From Candidatus Obscuribacterales bacterium (GTDB lineage Bacteria > Cyanobacteriota > Vampirovibrionia > Obscuribacterales > Obscuribacteraceae), in NCBI GenBank assembly GCA_965228855.1, contig CBDDIJ010000003.1, positions 544,001-608,000 of the forward strand: a stretch of 64,000 nt of DNA, given 5' to 3'. Each line of letters begins with the position of its first letter. Positions within the stretch are counted from its first letter, which is position 1. Both the position numbers and the translations under genes were made by a program. Below are positions 39,813-50,071 of the stretch, piece by piece. Under the pieces are notes generated by a model that saw nothing but the letters and a program-made list of their open reading frames with translations, was not told where the DNA came from and did not search any database.

Positions 39813-41048
39813 TCAGGTTCCCACTCTGGCTATCGGTAGAGTGACCCTGAATGTGGTGCCTTTTCCCGGTTCGCTTTCTACCGTGACATTTCCCGAATGC
39901 CGTTCCACCGCAGCCTTTACGATTGATAAACCAAGTCCACTGCCACCAACATCGCGAGAGCGTGATTTATCTACCCGGTAGAATCTGTCGAAGATGTTGT
40001 TGATGCTGTCCGCCGGGATTCCGACTCCATTATCGGCAACTGTGATGAGAAGGTTCGCATCTTTTTGCTCTACATCAATGCGAACTTTGCCGCCTTCTTC
40101 GCTGTATTTGATGGCGTTTTCAATCAAATTATTGAAGATTTCGAGTATGGATTCGTGGTGACCGTACATCATGACGTCCGGGATGGGCTGCACCACGAGG
40201 TCTATTTTTCGCTCTCTGGCTATGGTGCCTAGCTCGGCAATCACACTTTCGGCAAGTTCCTTCACCGGCACATTGCTGCGCATCATTTCCGATTCCGGAT
40301 CTTCGATTCGAGCCAGGACAATCAAGTCTTTAGATAGGTGACGCAGGCGGTCGCTCGCGCGCTCCATCATACGAAACACATCATCGGACATATCACCTAG
40401 TTTGTGAGGGTCCTTCAATGTTTCAAGACAGGCTTCGATGGTCGCCACGGGCGTATTGAGTTCGTGACCTGCATCTGCAACGAAGCGCCGAAGCATCAGC
40501 AGTGTTCTCTCAATAGGTTTCACCGCCTGGCCCGAGAACAAATAAGCGCAAATTCCGACGCCGGCTGCGATGAAGGGCGCCACCACCATCACTACCAGGA
40601 AAAACTGTTCGATTGCGTCATCCTGCGGTTTGGTCGAAACCTGTAATTGGATATAGCCGGTGGTTTTGCCGTCTTGCTCAATCTTTGAAAACATTGATCG
40701 GAGGGAACGGTCGTCTGTTCGAACTCGCAAATGCCCGTTATGCAACTGAGGTACGCCTTCGGGACCGTACTCTTCAATCTGTTTACCTTTTACATCATAT
40801 ATTTGCACTGTAGCTAGAATTGGGTGCTTGCCCTTGGCTTCTTCGTGCCACTCTTCCAAGCTGGGTTTGCCGTTTACGGTTTTGACCGACGGTTCTATCT
40901 CAGCGATCAGGTCTTCCAGACCCACGTCAACCGAACGCATCAAGCTGATTTTGAAGACCATGAGCGACGCAATGCTATCTACCGAGTAGAGAAGCATGAC
41001 CATACAAACAAACCAGAGAGCGAGCTTGATGCGAATGCTATCAACCAT
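39813..41048 (-). CDS. Membrane sensor histidine kinase
   Basis: Two TM, FVADAGHELNTP H-box, NLIENAIKY, DNGVG, FDRFYR, GSGLGL; start MVDS overlaps the regulator stop. Confidence 0.93.
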   Translation of the reverse strand: MVDSIRIKLALWFVCMVMLLYSVDSIASLMVFKISLMRSVDVGLEDLIAEIEPSVKTVNGKPSLEEWHEEAKGKHPILATVQIYDVKGKQIEEYGPEGVPQLHNGHLRVRTDDRSLRSMFSKIEQDGKTTGYIQLQVSTKPQDDAIEQFFLVVMVVAPFIAAGVGICAYLFSGQAVKPIERTLLMLRRFVADAGHELNTPVATIEACLETLKDPHKLGDMSDDVFRMMERASDRLRHLSKDLIVLARIEDPESEMMRSNVPVKELAESVIAELGTIARERKIDLVVQPIPDVMMYGHHESILEIFNNLIENAIKYSEEGGKVRIDVEQKDANLLITVADNGVGIPADSINNIFDRFYRVDKSRSRDVGGSGLGLSIVKAAVERHSGNVTVESEPGKGTTFRVTLPIARVGT

Positions 41049-41721
41049 CGTCGCCCTGTAACTTGTATCCGACTCCATAAACCGTAGAGATAATGGATGG
41101 TTGGCCCGGGGTGTCAAGTTTCTTCCTCAATCTCGTGATGTGGCCTCTCACGCTATCGTTATGTGCCGAAGTGTCTGACTCCCAAACGTTTTCAAGGAGT
41201 TCTTCCGGGCTGAACACTCGTTGCGGGTGGCGAACAAAGAATTCGAGTAAGCGAAACTCCTTCGGTAAGAGGTGAACCTCGGAACCGTTTTTCAAAACTT
41301 TATGCTGGTCTGAGTCTACCTGAATGTCTCCAAGCTGGAATATGTTTGAGCCGGAAACAGCACCACGTCTCAGAAGTGCTTTGACTCTGAAATCAAGTTC
41401 CTTCAAGTGGAACGGCTTGGTTAAATAGTCGTCGGCACCGGCAAGAAATCCCAGTTCCTTATCCTGCAGCGATGTGCGTGCGGTCAAGAACAAAATCGGA
41501 GTCGTGCCTCTGGTGGCACGAAACTCTCGGCATATGTCAAAGCCGCTCATTCCGGGCAGCATAACATCTAAAATGATTACGTCGTACTTCGCGACCTTCA
41601 AGCGATGGAGTGCTGTAGGTCCGTCTGTCACTACTTCAACAAGATGATGTTCACGGGCGAGCCAGTTATTGATCAGTGAGGCTAGATCGAGCTCGTCTTC
41701 AACCAGAAGAACTTTGGCCAT
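41041..41721 (-). CDS. OmpR/PhoB-family response regulator
   Basis: LLVEDE, ILDVMLP, GADDYLTKPF, winged helix HITRLRKKL..TVYGVGY. Confidence 0.95.
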   Translation of the reverse strand: MAKVLLVEDELDLASLINNWLAREHHLVEVVTDGPTALHRLKVAKYDVIILDVMLPGMSGFDICREFRATRGTTPILFLTARTSLQDKELGFLAGADDYLTKPFHLKELDFRVKALLRRGAVSGSNIFQLGDIQVDSDQHKVLKNGSEVHLLPKEFRLLEFFVRHPQRVFSPEELLENVWESDTSAHNDSVRGHITRLRKKLDTPGQPSIISTVYGVGYKLQGDDG

Positions 41722-41790
41722 GTGAAAGAATCCCTGAGTGCTACCTATTAATAAGCCTAACAGAGGTCCCTATTCCTGTTTACCCGGTCG

Positions 41791-41808
41791 ATCACAACTC
41801 AATCACAA
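41791..41808. promoter_or_regulatory. Candidate OmpR/PhoB-type direct-repeat box
   Basis: atcacaa-ctca-atcacaa, 11-bp period, 70 bp upstream of the regulator start. Confidence 0.4.
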
Positions 41809-42100
41809 ACTGAGGGCGGCCTGGAACAGACAAGTTCGCGAAATACTTCTCGCCGACTTCGATTCGACAATTTTGAGGGACGAAAAATTTTTTCGAGAGG
41901 ACTGTCGTGGTTCCCTGCTCGTGCTTAATGCCAAGAGGGCTGGGCCGGTGGCCATCCCTTCAGGCTGGAACGGGAACTCGACACCGCCAGTGGTGCAGCA
42001 ATTAATGTCTCCAAATCCATTTGAGGTTGAGCACCGCCAGCGCTACCATGTAGACCACTGAAGAACAGTTGCTATCAGGAAAGAGAGTCTAGGTACAAGC

Positions 42101-42583
42101 CTACTGTGATAGCCCAGCTCCGTCGCCTCTTGTTATTTCGTCTTTCTCTTTTACGACTTCAACCGAGCAGGGCGAGCTTTTGAGAACTTCTTCAGCGACG
42201 CTACCCAATAGAAAATGTGACAGCCCCTTGCGTCCGTGCGAACCTAATACTATAAGGTCTGCGTTCCAGCTCGCAGCTGAGTCGCAAATCGTTTCCGCTA
42301 CGATTCCGGACGCCACTCTGACTTCAACCAGGTTTCTTGGATGTGCTTGCTGAATTTTAGCTCCGCCGGTGCCGCTTATTTCCGCGCTCTCCGCGTACAG
42401 CCTGTCTTCGATAGAGCCGGGCATCGTGGGCGGCGGAACAATTCCTGCGCCCAGGTCCGCGGGCAGAGGTTCAACAACGTTGAGGACCATGAACTGGTCG
42501 TCGTCATTCCAGTCTCTGGATGCGACATACTCGAGGGCTCTCATTGAACATTCCGAGCCATCGATTGCGACTAGTGTTTTCAT
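42101..42583 (-). CDS. Universal stress protein
   Basis: LVAIDGS, ADLIVLGSHGRKG...LLGSVAE, PCSVEVV. Confidence 0.93.
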   Translation of the reverse strand: MKTLVAIDGSECSMRALEYVASRDWNDDDQFMVLNVVEPLPADLGAGIVPPPTMPGSIEDRLYAESAEISGTGGAKIQQAHPRNLVEVRVASGIVAETICDSAASWNADLIVLGSHGRKGLSHFLLGSVAEEVLKSSPCSVEVVKEKDEITRGDGAGLSQ

Positions 42584-42768
42584 AACTCTTACCTCGGAAA
42601 TTCGCCTGGTGGAAGGCGAACAATCGATTTAAACTGTTGGCAGTTAAATAGCATAGTCGCGAGTCGCCTGTTGCTGCAATTCGGTTTTCCACATGAGTGG
42701 AAACGTTCGTGCAACACGAATAGCCGAGAACTTTTTCTCAGCACTTCAGTGTTATGAAGTCGTTGCGA

Positions 42769-42978
42769 CTAGTCGCCAGCTCGTAAATCCGCTTGCGTTA
42801 GCATTTCATAATAGGTCGGATCATCATCCTGATAGATGCACACCATTTGACCCAGGTCGCTCGAATCACAGTTAGGGCACTTTATTCGAGAGCTAATCAG
42901 GCAAAAATTAGTGAAGCATTCCTGGCACTGGTACTCGATCTTTCGCTCGGTAGCTTGTGCGGGTTTCGTTACGAACAT
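42769..42978 (-). CDS. Small zinc-ribbon protein
   Basis: YQCQEC...F.......CPNCDS; GAGGTG RBS upstream. Confidence 0.65.
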   Translation of the reverse strand: MFVTKPAQATERKIEYQCQECFTNFCLISSRIKCPNCDSSDLGQMVCIYQDDDPTYYEMLTQADLRAGD

Positions 42979-43351
42979 AGTTTGTCACCTCGTCCACAGC
43001 TGTTTGAATTTTCCAGTTTCCTTACTTTAGTTATGCCTCAATTTTCCGTAGTGGTATCGCATTTGGAACCAGTACGTTCACAAATGAACACGTTAGCATC
43101 TAAGTTGAGCTCAGAAACTTAGCCAGTTTCATCAGCCTTGCGCTATACCACAGAGTGTATTTCAGAGGTCTCACACTGGAGACGTTCTAATCTCAAACTT
43201 GAGTCGTGTCGGAGCTGCTTCAGCGCGCAGCAGAAACCATGATTGGCGCCAAACTGTCGCTTCATAAAACGTACTCTTATCAAGGAATAAGTGGACAAGG
43301 AAGTAGATCCAATCGTATCCTCTAAAGGACTTGCTTTATGGGTGGTAAGCA

Positions 43352-44776
43352 TTGAAGCGTCAGTGTGTCGCACTTGCATTCATACTCTGTCTCGGTCTGC
43401 TGTGTGAGGCGGTTCTTGCCACTTGTGCGAGCGCGAAAGCTCGACCTGAACTGCAGCTTCCGGGTGTCGAACGACTGCAGCGCCAGTCGCGAAGAGTTTC
43501 GTCACCGCGCGTATGCCGCAACACGCTTTTGGTGATGCCTTCGCTCGACGATGAGATTACAGATGCGGAAGAGGACCGAGGAATCACCGCGAAGGATACG
43601 CGGAGCGTGCGCTCTTCTTCAGCTCGTAAAACCGATGGCGACGAACGCTCGGCTGCAGCCGGTTCCTCCAGGTCAGATGATAATCCGGCGGAGACCGAGG
43701 AGGATCTATCGACTACCATACGCTCGATGGGCGGCAATGTGGTGGACACGATCGGCACAGGACGCATGACCACATGGGTAGTACGGTTTCCATCGACGGA
43801 ACGCTTTCTTCAAGCTGAGCGCAAACTGGTAAATGATTCTCGCGTGAAATCGCTGCAACGCGATTATTTGTACAGAAACAATCTGGCAAGCTCCAGTCCG
43901 GTCAATGACCCGTATTTCGCCTCCGAGTGGTATATGGACGCGCTGAATGTATTGCCCGCTTGGGATATCAGCAAGGGCGGAACCAATCTTGTCGGGATAG
44001 TAGATTCTGGAACAGACATCAACATCAGCGACCTGGCAGGGAAAAGCTACGCTGGTTTCGACGCCGTCGATAACAAGCAGACGCAAACTGACGTCGAAGG
44101 TCATGGCACCATGGTTGCTACGACGGCTGCTGCCACCGCTGACAATGGCGTCGGTACCGCCGGTCCTGCCACGCTGGCGCAAATTTATCCCGTGCGCGTC
44201 GGCTTCGCCAATGGAGATGTGTCTGTTTCGGCAATTTTGAAGGCTATTCAACAGTGCGGTGACACCAGCGTAAAAATTATCAATCTTAGCTCGAACGGAG
44301 ATCCGCCCTTTTCTTTCGCTCACAAAAAGTTCAATCGCGTTTTTCACCGGTACTGCCAGTGGTATCACGACGAGAAAGGCGGTCTGATTTTTAACTCTGC
44401 CGGCAACTCAGGAACGCAGGACAGCAGTCGCTTGCAACCATACTTGATTGTCGTCTCCGCGATTGACGAGTCGTATAATCTAGCCTATTTCTCAACCTGG
44501 GGAAAATGTGTATGGTTCACTGCACCCGGTACCAACATATATTGTTCTGAAAAGGGTGGTCGGGTTGTTTCCGTGTCGGGCACCTCGTTCAGCTCGCCAC
44601 TTTGTGCTTCTATCGCCGCGCTGATATGGGGGGCGAAGCCATCACTGACAAATCTGGAAGTTGAGCGCATTCTGAAAGCCTCATGTCAAAAGCCTAAAAA
44701 CCGCGAATGGACTCGCTATTTTGGATGGGGGATGCCTGATGCGGAAAAGGCGATGAAACTGACTCTGGGCAAATGA
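43352..44776 (+). CDS. Secreted S8 subtilase
   Basis: Signal peptide, prodomain, triad VDSG / HGTMVA / GTSFSSP, oxyanion AGN. Confidence 0.93.
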   Translation: MKRQCVALAFILCLGLLCEAVLATCASAKARPELQLPGVERLQRQSRRVSSPRVCRNTLLVMPSLDDEITDAEEDRGITAKDTRSVRSSSARKTDGDERSAAAGSSRSDDNPAETEEDLSTTIRSMGGNVVDTIGTGRMTTWVVRFPSTERFLQAERKLVNDSRVKSLQRDYLYRNNLASSSPVNDPYFASEWYMDALNVLPAWDISKGGTNLVGIVDSGTDINISDLAGKSYAGFDAVDNKQTQTDVEGHGTMVATTAAATADNGVGTAGPATLAQIYPVRVGFANGDVSVSAILKAIQQCGDTSVKIINLSSNGDPPFSFAHKKFNRVFHRYCQWYHDEKGGLIFNSAGNSGTQDSSRLQPYLIVVSAIDESYNLAYFSTWGKCVWFTAPGTNIYCSEKGGRVVSVSGTSFSSPLCASIAALIWGAKPSLTNLEVERILKASCQKPKNREWTRYFGWGMPDAEKAMKLTLGK

Positions 44777-45148
44777 TAGAACTAATTAAACGCTTGTTAA
44801 TCCGCTTTCTCGAATGGCTGGTGTCTACTCGTCCGACGCCGCGCGGCTCCGCCTACGATCTGAACGATCTTGCGGGCTCGGGCGAAAACGACAAAAATGA
44901 GAATAATGATCGGCAGTTTCGCGAGAATGTCCCGCCACACGAAGACTGAGTATTTGTGCGCCTCTTGCTGGAAATCTTCCGTGAGTTCAGACAGAACTAA
45001 TGAATATGTGAGCCAATGTTTACTCCCGAAAGCCTGACGGTGTGGGGGTTTTGGGAATTATAAACGGATATGATGCACTCTTGACGTCCGGGTCAATATC
45101 AACGCTAAACTATTGCGTTGGCCTCAATAGTGCTGGTCTGAGTGGGTT

Positions 45149-46492
45149 ATGTCTAAGTCACACGCATCTCTCAAAGATTTTTTCAATGTGGAAAAGGGCG
45201 AGCGCCTGAAAACGTTCGGGCTGTTCAGCTGGCTCTTTCTGTTCATCTGCGTTTACTACGTGCTCCGTCCCATTCGGCGTGGTATGGTGCTAGACGGTCT
45301 CGGAAACGAGTATATGCCGTTCGTTTACATGGGCACCGCGCTCGTCACCGGCATTGTCGTTTGGATATATTCCAAGTTTGCTTATCTCCCTCGAAAGAAG
45401 CTCATCGGATCCATATACGGAATCTTCTTTGCCAACCTATTGATGTGGTGGCAGGCATTCCAGTTCGAGTCAAAGCTGACATCAGGATTGTTCTGGATCT
45501 GGCTTGACGTCTTTTCGATAATGGGCGTAACACTTTTCTGGATGTACGCCAACGACCTGTTCAATAGTTCGAGCGCAAAGCGTTTATTCGGAATCATTGC
45601 TGCCGGAGGTGGACTGGGAGCGGTTCTTGGTAGTACATTAACGGCCACGCTCGTTCATTCTCTTGGTGCCACCAACATGCTTCTGGTGGCCGCCGGTCTG
45701 GTTGCGGCCACGCTCGGCATATTTTTATTCATCGAAAAAAACAACGATCAGGCAGAACCTGTGAGGCGAGTTCCGTCTCGCGAATTCGAGAAAGAAAAGG
45801 TTTCCGGTCTGGGCAAAGCTTTCCAGGTTCTCTTCAGTAGCCGGTTGCTGGTTCTGCTCACTCTTGTTGTTTGCTTCGAGCGGATCACGCCCGACTTGAT
45901 TCAATTCATCTATCACGAAGTGCTTCACAACATGGCAAGCGGAGCAAACGCCATCGCGGCTCTGGATGCCAATCTCGAAAGATGGCGCGCAATCTGCGAG
46001 TTTGTAATCGAGCTGTTTTGTGTCGGAATCGTTCTCAAACGGGTTGGCTCCGCACCATGCTTAGCCTCATCAGGAGTGGCTATTGCAGGTAGCTTGTTGA
46101 CCTTTGCCGTCTTCGCTAATCCGATGATAATTATCGCCATCTTCCATGTTGATGAAGCCTTGAGGCACTCATGGTTTAAAGCGGCAAAAGAGCTCACATA
46201 CACCGTCACCAGCCGCGATGTGCTCTACTCGATTAAACCTATCATCGAGATGTTCTGCTATCGATTCTCCCGCGGCTTCGCAGGCGTTCTCATTCTCCTG
46301 GTTAACTCAGTCTTTGGACTGGGAACTCCCGGGATAGTTGGAATGGGCATCATCAGCGCATCTATATGGGTTGTGGTCGCTCTCAAGTTAAACGCTGAGT
46401 TTAAACGCCTGGAATTGGAAGCGCTCTTCAAGAAAGATGCAGAGGGTGGCGATGCCGCTGAAAAGAGCGAGAAGGAACTCGTTCCCGCCTAA
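45149..46492 (+). CDS. NTT/Npt (ATP/ADP translocase, TLC-like) MFS transporter
   Basis: YYVLRPIR, FWMYANDLF....AKRLFGII..GG.LG..LG, KELTY......Y..KP.IE...R.SR; about 12 TM. Confidence 0.8.
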   Translation: MSKSHASLKDFFNVEKGERLKTFGLFSWLFLFICVYYVLRPIRRGMVLDGLGNEYMPFVYMGTALVTGIVVWIYSKFAYLPRKKLIGSIYGIFFANLLMWWQAFQFESKLTSGLFWIWLDVFSIMGVTLFWMYANDLFNSSSAKRLFGIIAAGGGLGAVLGSTLTATLVHSLGATNMLLVAAGLVAATLGIFLFIEKNNDQAEPVRRVPSREFEKEKVSGLGKAFQVLFSSRLLVLLTLVVCFERITPDLIQFIYHEVLHNMASGANAIAALDANLERWRAICEFVIELFCVGIVLKRVGSAPCLASSGVAIAGSLLTFAVFANPMIIIAIFHVDEALRHSWFKAAKELTYTVTSRDVLYSIKPIIEMFCYRFSRGFAGVLILLVNSVFGLGTPGIVGMGIISASIWVVVALKLNAEFKRLELEALFKKDAEGGDAAEKSEKELVPA

Positions 46493-46497
46493 ATCTC

Positions 46498-48252
46498 TCA
46501 ACTAGCTTTGCCTGCTTTCGTCGTCACTTGAAACGTCGGACGTTGGTAGCTCTCGCCTCGATAAGATTCCGGAATCGAGGTGTCGTTGCCGTCGCGCAGG
46601 TTCATATACTGAGGAGACATAATCTCGACCATGGCCTCGTTGAATTTGTCTTGAATTTTTGCGTGCAGGCGCGAGTAAACCTGTGGCATCTCGTTGGCCC
46701 GGTCCGTGTATGCATTGACTTGATAGCTCACGTAATAATCGTCGAGAGAGGTTTGCAACATAAAAGGCGGTGGGGTTTGAAGGATGCCGGGCGTCTCCAG
46801 TGCTGCCGACACCAGCAGTTTTTCGATCTTCTCATATGGCTCATCGTATCCGATGGTGACCGTCGTGTGGAGAATGAGTTGCCCGAGCACGCCCATTGTC
46901 GAGTAATTGATAACGTTGCTGTTCAGAATTTGTCCATTTGGAACCGATACGACTTCATTTTTTACAGTGCGGATCTTAGTCACGAACAGATTCTTTTGCA
47001 CGACATCGCCGGTGCATTCACCGATCATGATTCGATCACCGATCTTGAAAGCGTTCGTATATGTGAGTACCGCTCCGGCCATCACGTTGCTGACCACGCC
47101 ACTGGAGCCTAAGCTGACCAGAACGCCGAGCACCAGACCTACCTGTTTGAAAGCCGGTGATTCCCAACCTGGTAGGTAAGGAAGTGCCACCATGAGGGCG
47201 AATGCGATGATGATGAAGCGCGCCAGTTTATAACTCGGCTCAGCCCAGTCAGGGTCGAAATCGGCGAAGTGAATCGTGCGATCTCTTATCGCGTCGAAAA
47301 AGAATCGCGCAAATGAAATAACCGCGTATGTGGTCAGTGAGATCATCACTAAAGTGAACAGCGATGGCAAGTACTCCAGTGTCGCGTCAACGGCAACAAC
47401 AATTGGAGCCATTGCATTTGCTGCCAGCGCGGATGAGATACTCCTGGTCCGGGGAAAGAAGTTCAGGACCTGCAGGACGTATACGGCAGTGACTAGCAAG
47501 ACCAAAGCGATCTGAGAAAATTTCACCGACGACAAAAGAATGTCCACCAAAACATTCGCGCCGATCAGTTCGGCCTGCTGAATTTTGATTGCTTTGATCC
47601 TGGTGCCGCGCCAGCTCTCAAGTTTTCCGCAAGCGCCTATGGCGATTTTACTGCTCAGGGCTATGGTCGTTATAAGCATAACGGTTGCTAAAACCGATAG
47701 ACCGATTCCCGCGGCAAGATCACTTGCAGTGGTTTCCTCTATTCTCTGAGCAAGAGCAACTCGAATTTTTGAGGCGAAGTCTTGGGCCATCTTATAAGTG
47801 GACGATTGCGCAATACGCGCGTCCTCCGTGGTCACCGTTGCGATCCTGATGCCACCATATAAGAGGTCCGTTCCGGTTGGTGTTTCTGTTGTGACCACCT
47901 TGCTTGGATTGAAATCCAGACCATCGGCGATTTGGCGCAGGACTTGCCCTGTACGCTCAGCGCGTTCCGTCGGGGTTAAACCATCTACGACCGCGTAAAA
48001 AACGAACAACCGTTTGCCCTTGATCACGACCGCTGCGCTTGGTGCGCTTTGCCCTCGAATCGGCTCAGTTTCTCCCAGCTGCTGCTGGACAGTCTCGGCT
48101 TCGATTTTTTGCGGAGAAGTGTCTTGCTTGACTTGCGCGCTAACCTCAGAAAAAATCAGCGAGCAAAATGTGGCTGCTACGAACAGCATCAAAATCGCGA
48201 AACGTCTCATGGCTTTGTTCTCCCTGAAGCGCCGGGTGTCAGGCGCAATCAT
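46498..48252 (-). CDS. MscS-family mechanosensitive channel with periplasmic N-domain
   Basis: VSNVMAG......FKIGDRI.IG...GDV.......TKIRT..NEVVSVPN, VTIGYD. Confidence 0.92.
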   Translation of the reverse strand: MIAPDTRRFRENKAMRRFAILMLFVAATFCSLIFSEVSAQVKQDTSPQKIEAETVQQQLGETEPIRGQSAPSAAVVIKGKRLFVFYAVVDGLTPTERAERTGQVLRQIADGLDFNPSKVVTTETPTGTDLLYGGIRIATVTTEDARIAQSSTYKMAQDFASKIRVALAQRIEETTASDLAAGIGLSVLATVMLITTIALSSKIAIGACGKLESWRGTRIKAIKIQQAELIGANVLVDILLSSVKFSQIALVLLVTAVYVLQVLNFFPRTRSISSALAANAMAPIVVAVDATLEYLPSLFTLVMISLTTYAVISFARFFFDAIRDRTIHFADFDPDWAEPSYKLARFIIIAFALMVALPYLPGWESPAFKQVGLVLGVLVSLGSSGVVSNVMAGAVLTYTNAFKIGDRIMIGECTGDVVQKNLFVTKIRTVKNEVVSVPNGQILNSNVINYSTMGVLGQLILHTTVTIGYDEPYEKIEKLLVSAALETPGILQTPPPFMLQTSLDDYYVSYQVNAYTDRANEMPQVYSRLHAKIQDKFNEAMVEIMSPQYMNLRDGNDTSIPESYRGESYQRPTFQVTTKAGKAS

Positions 48253-48318
48253 TCAACGGCAGAGCAAACCAGCGATGATCTTCTGCAGTTGGTAAAAACG
48301 ATAACATCTTGGAATCGT

Positions 48319-48864
48319 CTATTCGCCGGTTTGTTTGGCGGATTCGCTCTTCTCTGCTCCGGTCGTTGGCTCCGCCGATGTAGTAGTTTCTTCGGGGGCG
48401 GGTTTATCTGAATCTTCGAACCAGAATCGATAACGCGGAAAACCTCTGCTGTTCTCCCCCGTGCGCTCGAGATAGCCTCGCGGACCATCCGCTTTGGCTG
48501 AGTGGAAGCGATACTTGTCTTTGCCGATCGGCTCTACGGTCACGGCGCATTCGCCGTCCGGTTTCCAACCCTTCCAGTGTTTAACGATCGATGGCTTTAA
48601 TTTGAAGTTCGTATACCCTTTCTTCGGAATCTCCCAGCGCCACTCTTTCTTCAAGGGTGGAACTCGGTAGAAGGAATACAGCACCATGTCGTCGTTGCTG
48701 AATACACTTCCCTGAATCCACGATGGTTTGATCGGGGCTTTATCTGATTCGTTGAATACATCAAGGCTTACTCCGCCCTCGATGGTTTTGGCTGGCGCCG
48801 CATGTGACAAACACACGGATGCGACTAGTGACAGCGCTACAGCGTTCAGTCTCTGCGTTTTCAT
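48319..48864 (-). CDS. Secreted hypothetical protein
   Basis: Signal peptide ending APA-K; aromatic beta-rich body. Confidence 0.65.
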   Translation of the reverse strand: MKTQRLNAVALSLVASVCLSHAAPAKTIEGGVSLDVFNESDKAPIKPSWIQGSVFSNDDMVLYSFYRVPPLKKEWRWEIPKKGYTNFKLKPSIVKHWKGWKPDGECAVTVEPIGKDKYRFHSAKADGPRGYLERTGENSRGFPRYRFWFEDSDKPAPEETTTSAEPTTGAEKSESAKQTGE

Positions 48865-48910
48865 GTACCTGATCCCGACGGGAAATATCGACAGCTTATC
48901 CTAGCAAGAT

Positions 48911-50050
48911 TTACTTGGCCGCGCCCGCTGCGACCGTTTTACCTGCTGGTCGGCAATCGACCATCGTTTCTTCAATCAAATGGTCGACGACCTTCTTGAA
49001 GTCTTTGGTTTCCTGATACAGCTTGAGCTGGCGGTCGGCGCTTGTTCCTGTTTCCAAAATGGTGAACAAGTGTTTGACCGTTTCACGGCTGCCCAGATCA
49101 TCGAGCACGTCGTCAACAAACTCGGCCAGTTCGGCAATGAGTTCCTTGACCGGGACCTCTTCTTGCTTTCCGAAATCGATGAGCTTACCGTCTATGCCGT
49201 AGCGAAGGGCGCGCCATTTGTTTTCCTGCAACAATGCGCGGCGATAGAGGCGGAAACCAAGGTTTTGCTTGATGAGCTTATAGAGCTTCGCAACGATGGC
49301 TTGAATCAATGCCGCAATCGCAATCGAATCTTCCGCTCTGGTCGGAATATCGCAAATGCGAAATTCGAGGGTGGGGTAAACAGGATGGAGTCTGAGATCC
49401 CACCAGATTTTCTTGCCGTCGTCGATGCAATTCGTTTTAATCAGCAGCTTGAGGAAGTTGTCGTACTCGCTGTAGGAGCTGAAGTAATCAGGCAATTCAG
49501 TGCGTGGATAGCGTTTGAAAATCTCACAGCGATAAGATTTTAAACCGGTATCAATGCCGCGCCAGAATGGCGAGCTGGTCGAGAGCGTGAGTAGGTGCGG
49601 CAAGAAATAGCGAGCAGCGTTTGAAATGTGAATCGCCATTTCCTTATCTTCCATGGCGACGTGCACGTGCATGCCGAATATGAGCAGGCTGCGTGATAGA
49701 ACTTGCATGTCCTCGACGAGCTTTACATAACGCTCGTGCTCCGAGATCTTCTGGTCTGCCCAGTGACCGAATGGGTGTGTCGAGGCTGCTGCGATGCGCA
49801 GGCCTTTTTCGCGAGCCACGCCGTCCATAACCGATCGGAGATGATAAAGGTCTTTCCGAGCTTCGTGCACGTCGGCGCAAATGTTAGTGCCGACTTCGAT
49901 CATGCACTGGTGCATTTCCGCTTTGACTTGTTCGCCCAGCTCTTTTTTAGCCGGCTCGTAAATGTCTTCGGCCCGCGAGACCAGGTCACGGGTTTCCGGA
50001 TCGATTATTTGATACTCTTCTTCGATTCCAATTGTGAATTTCTGACTCAT
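48911..50050 (-). CDS. Carboxylate-amine ligase, GCS2/YbdK family
   Basis: FTIGIEEEYQ, FGMHVHV, SSPFW.G.DTG..SYR, WWDLR.HP...TLEFRICD, ENKWRA.RYG; GGGGAGG RBS. Confidence 0.93.
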   Translation of the reverse strand: MSQKFTIGIEEEYQIIDPETRDLVSRAEDIYEPAKKELGEQVKAEMHQCMIEVGTNICADVHEARKDLYHLRSVMDGVAREKGLRIAAASTHPFGHWADQKISEHERYVKLVEDMQVLSRSLLIFGMHVHVAMEDKEMAIHISNAARYFLPHLLTLSTSSPFWRGIDTGLKSYRCEIFKRYPRTELPDYFSSYSEYDNFLKLLIKTNCIDDGKKIWWDLRLHPVYPTLEFRICDIPTRAEDSIAIAALIQAIVAKLYKLIKQNLGFRLYRRALLQENKWRALRYGIDGKLIDFGKQEEVPVKELIAELAEFVDDVLDDLGSRETVKHLFTILETGTSADRQLKLYQETKDFKKVVDHLIEETMVDCRPAGKTVAAGAAK

Positions 50051-50071
50051 GGAATGCGACCTCCCCAAGGT

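Noticed and set aside
42979..43351. Several short palindromes in the divergent intergenic region
   Set aside because: Stems of 4-7 bp with no shared sequence or enclosing helix; compatible with chance or ordinary operators.
44798..45057. Minus-strand open frame with a hydrophobic stretch (LPIIILIFVVF)
   Set aside because: No ATG, no RBS and no recognisable family; cannot be supported as a gene or pseudogene.
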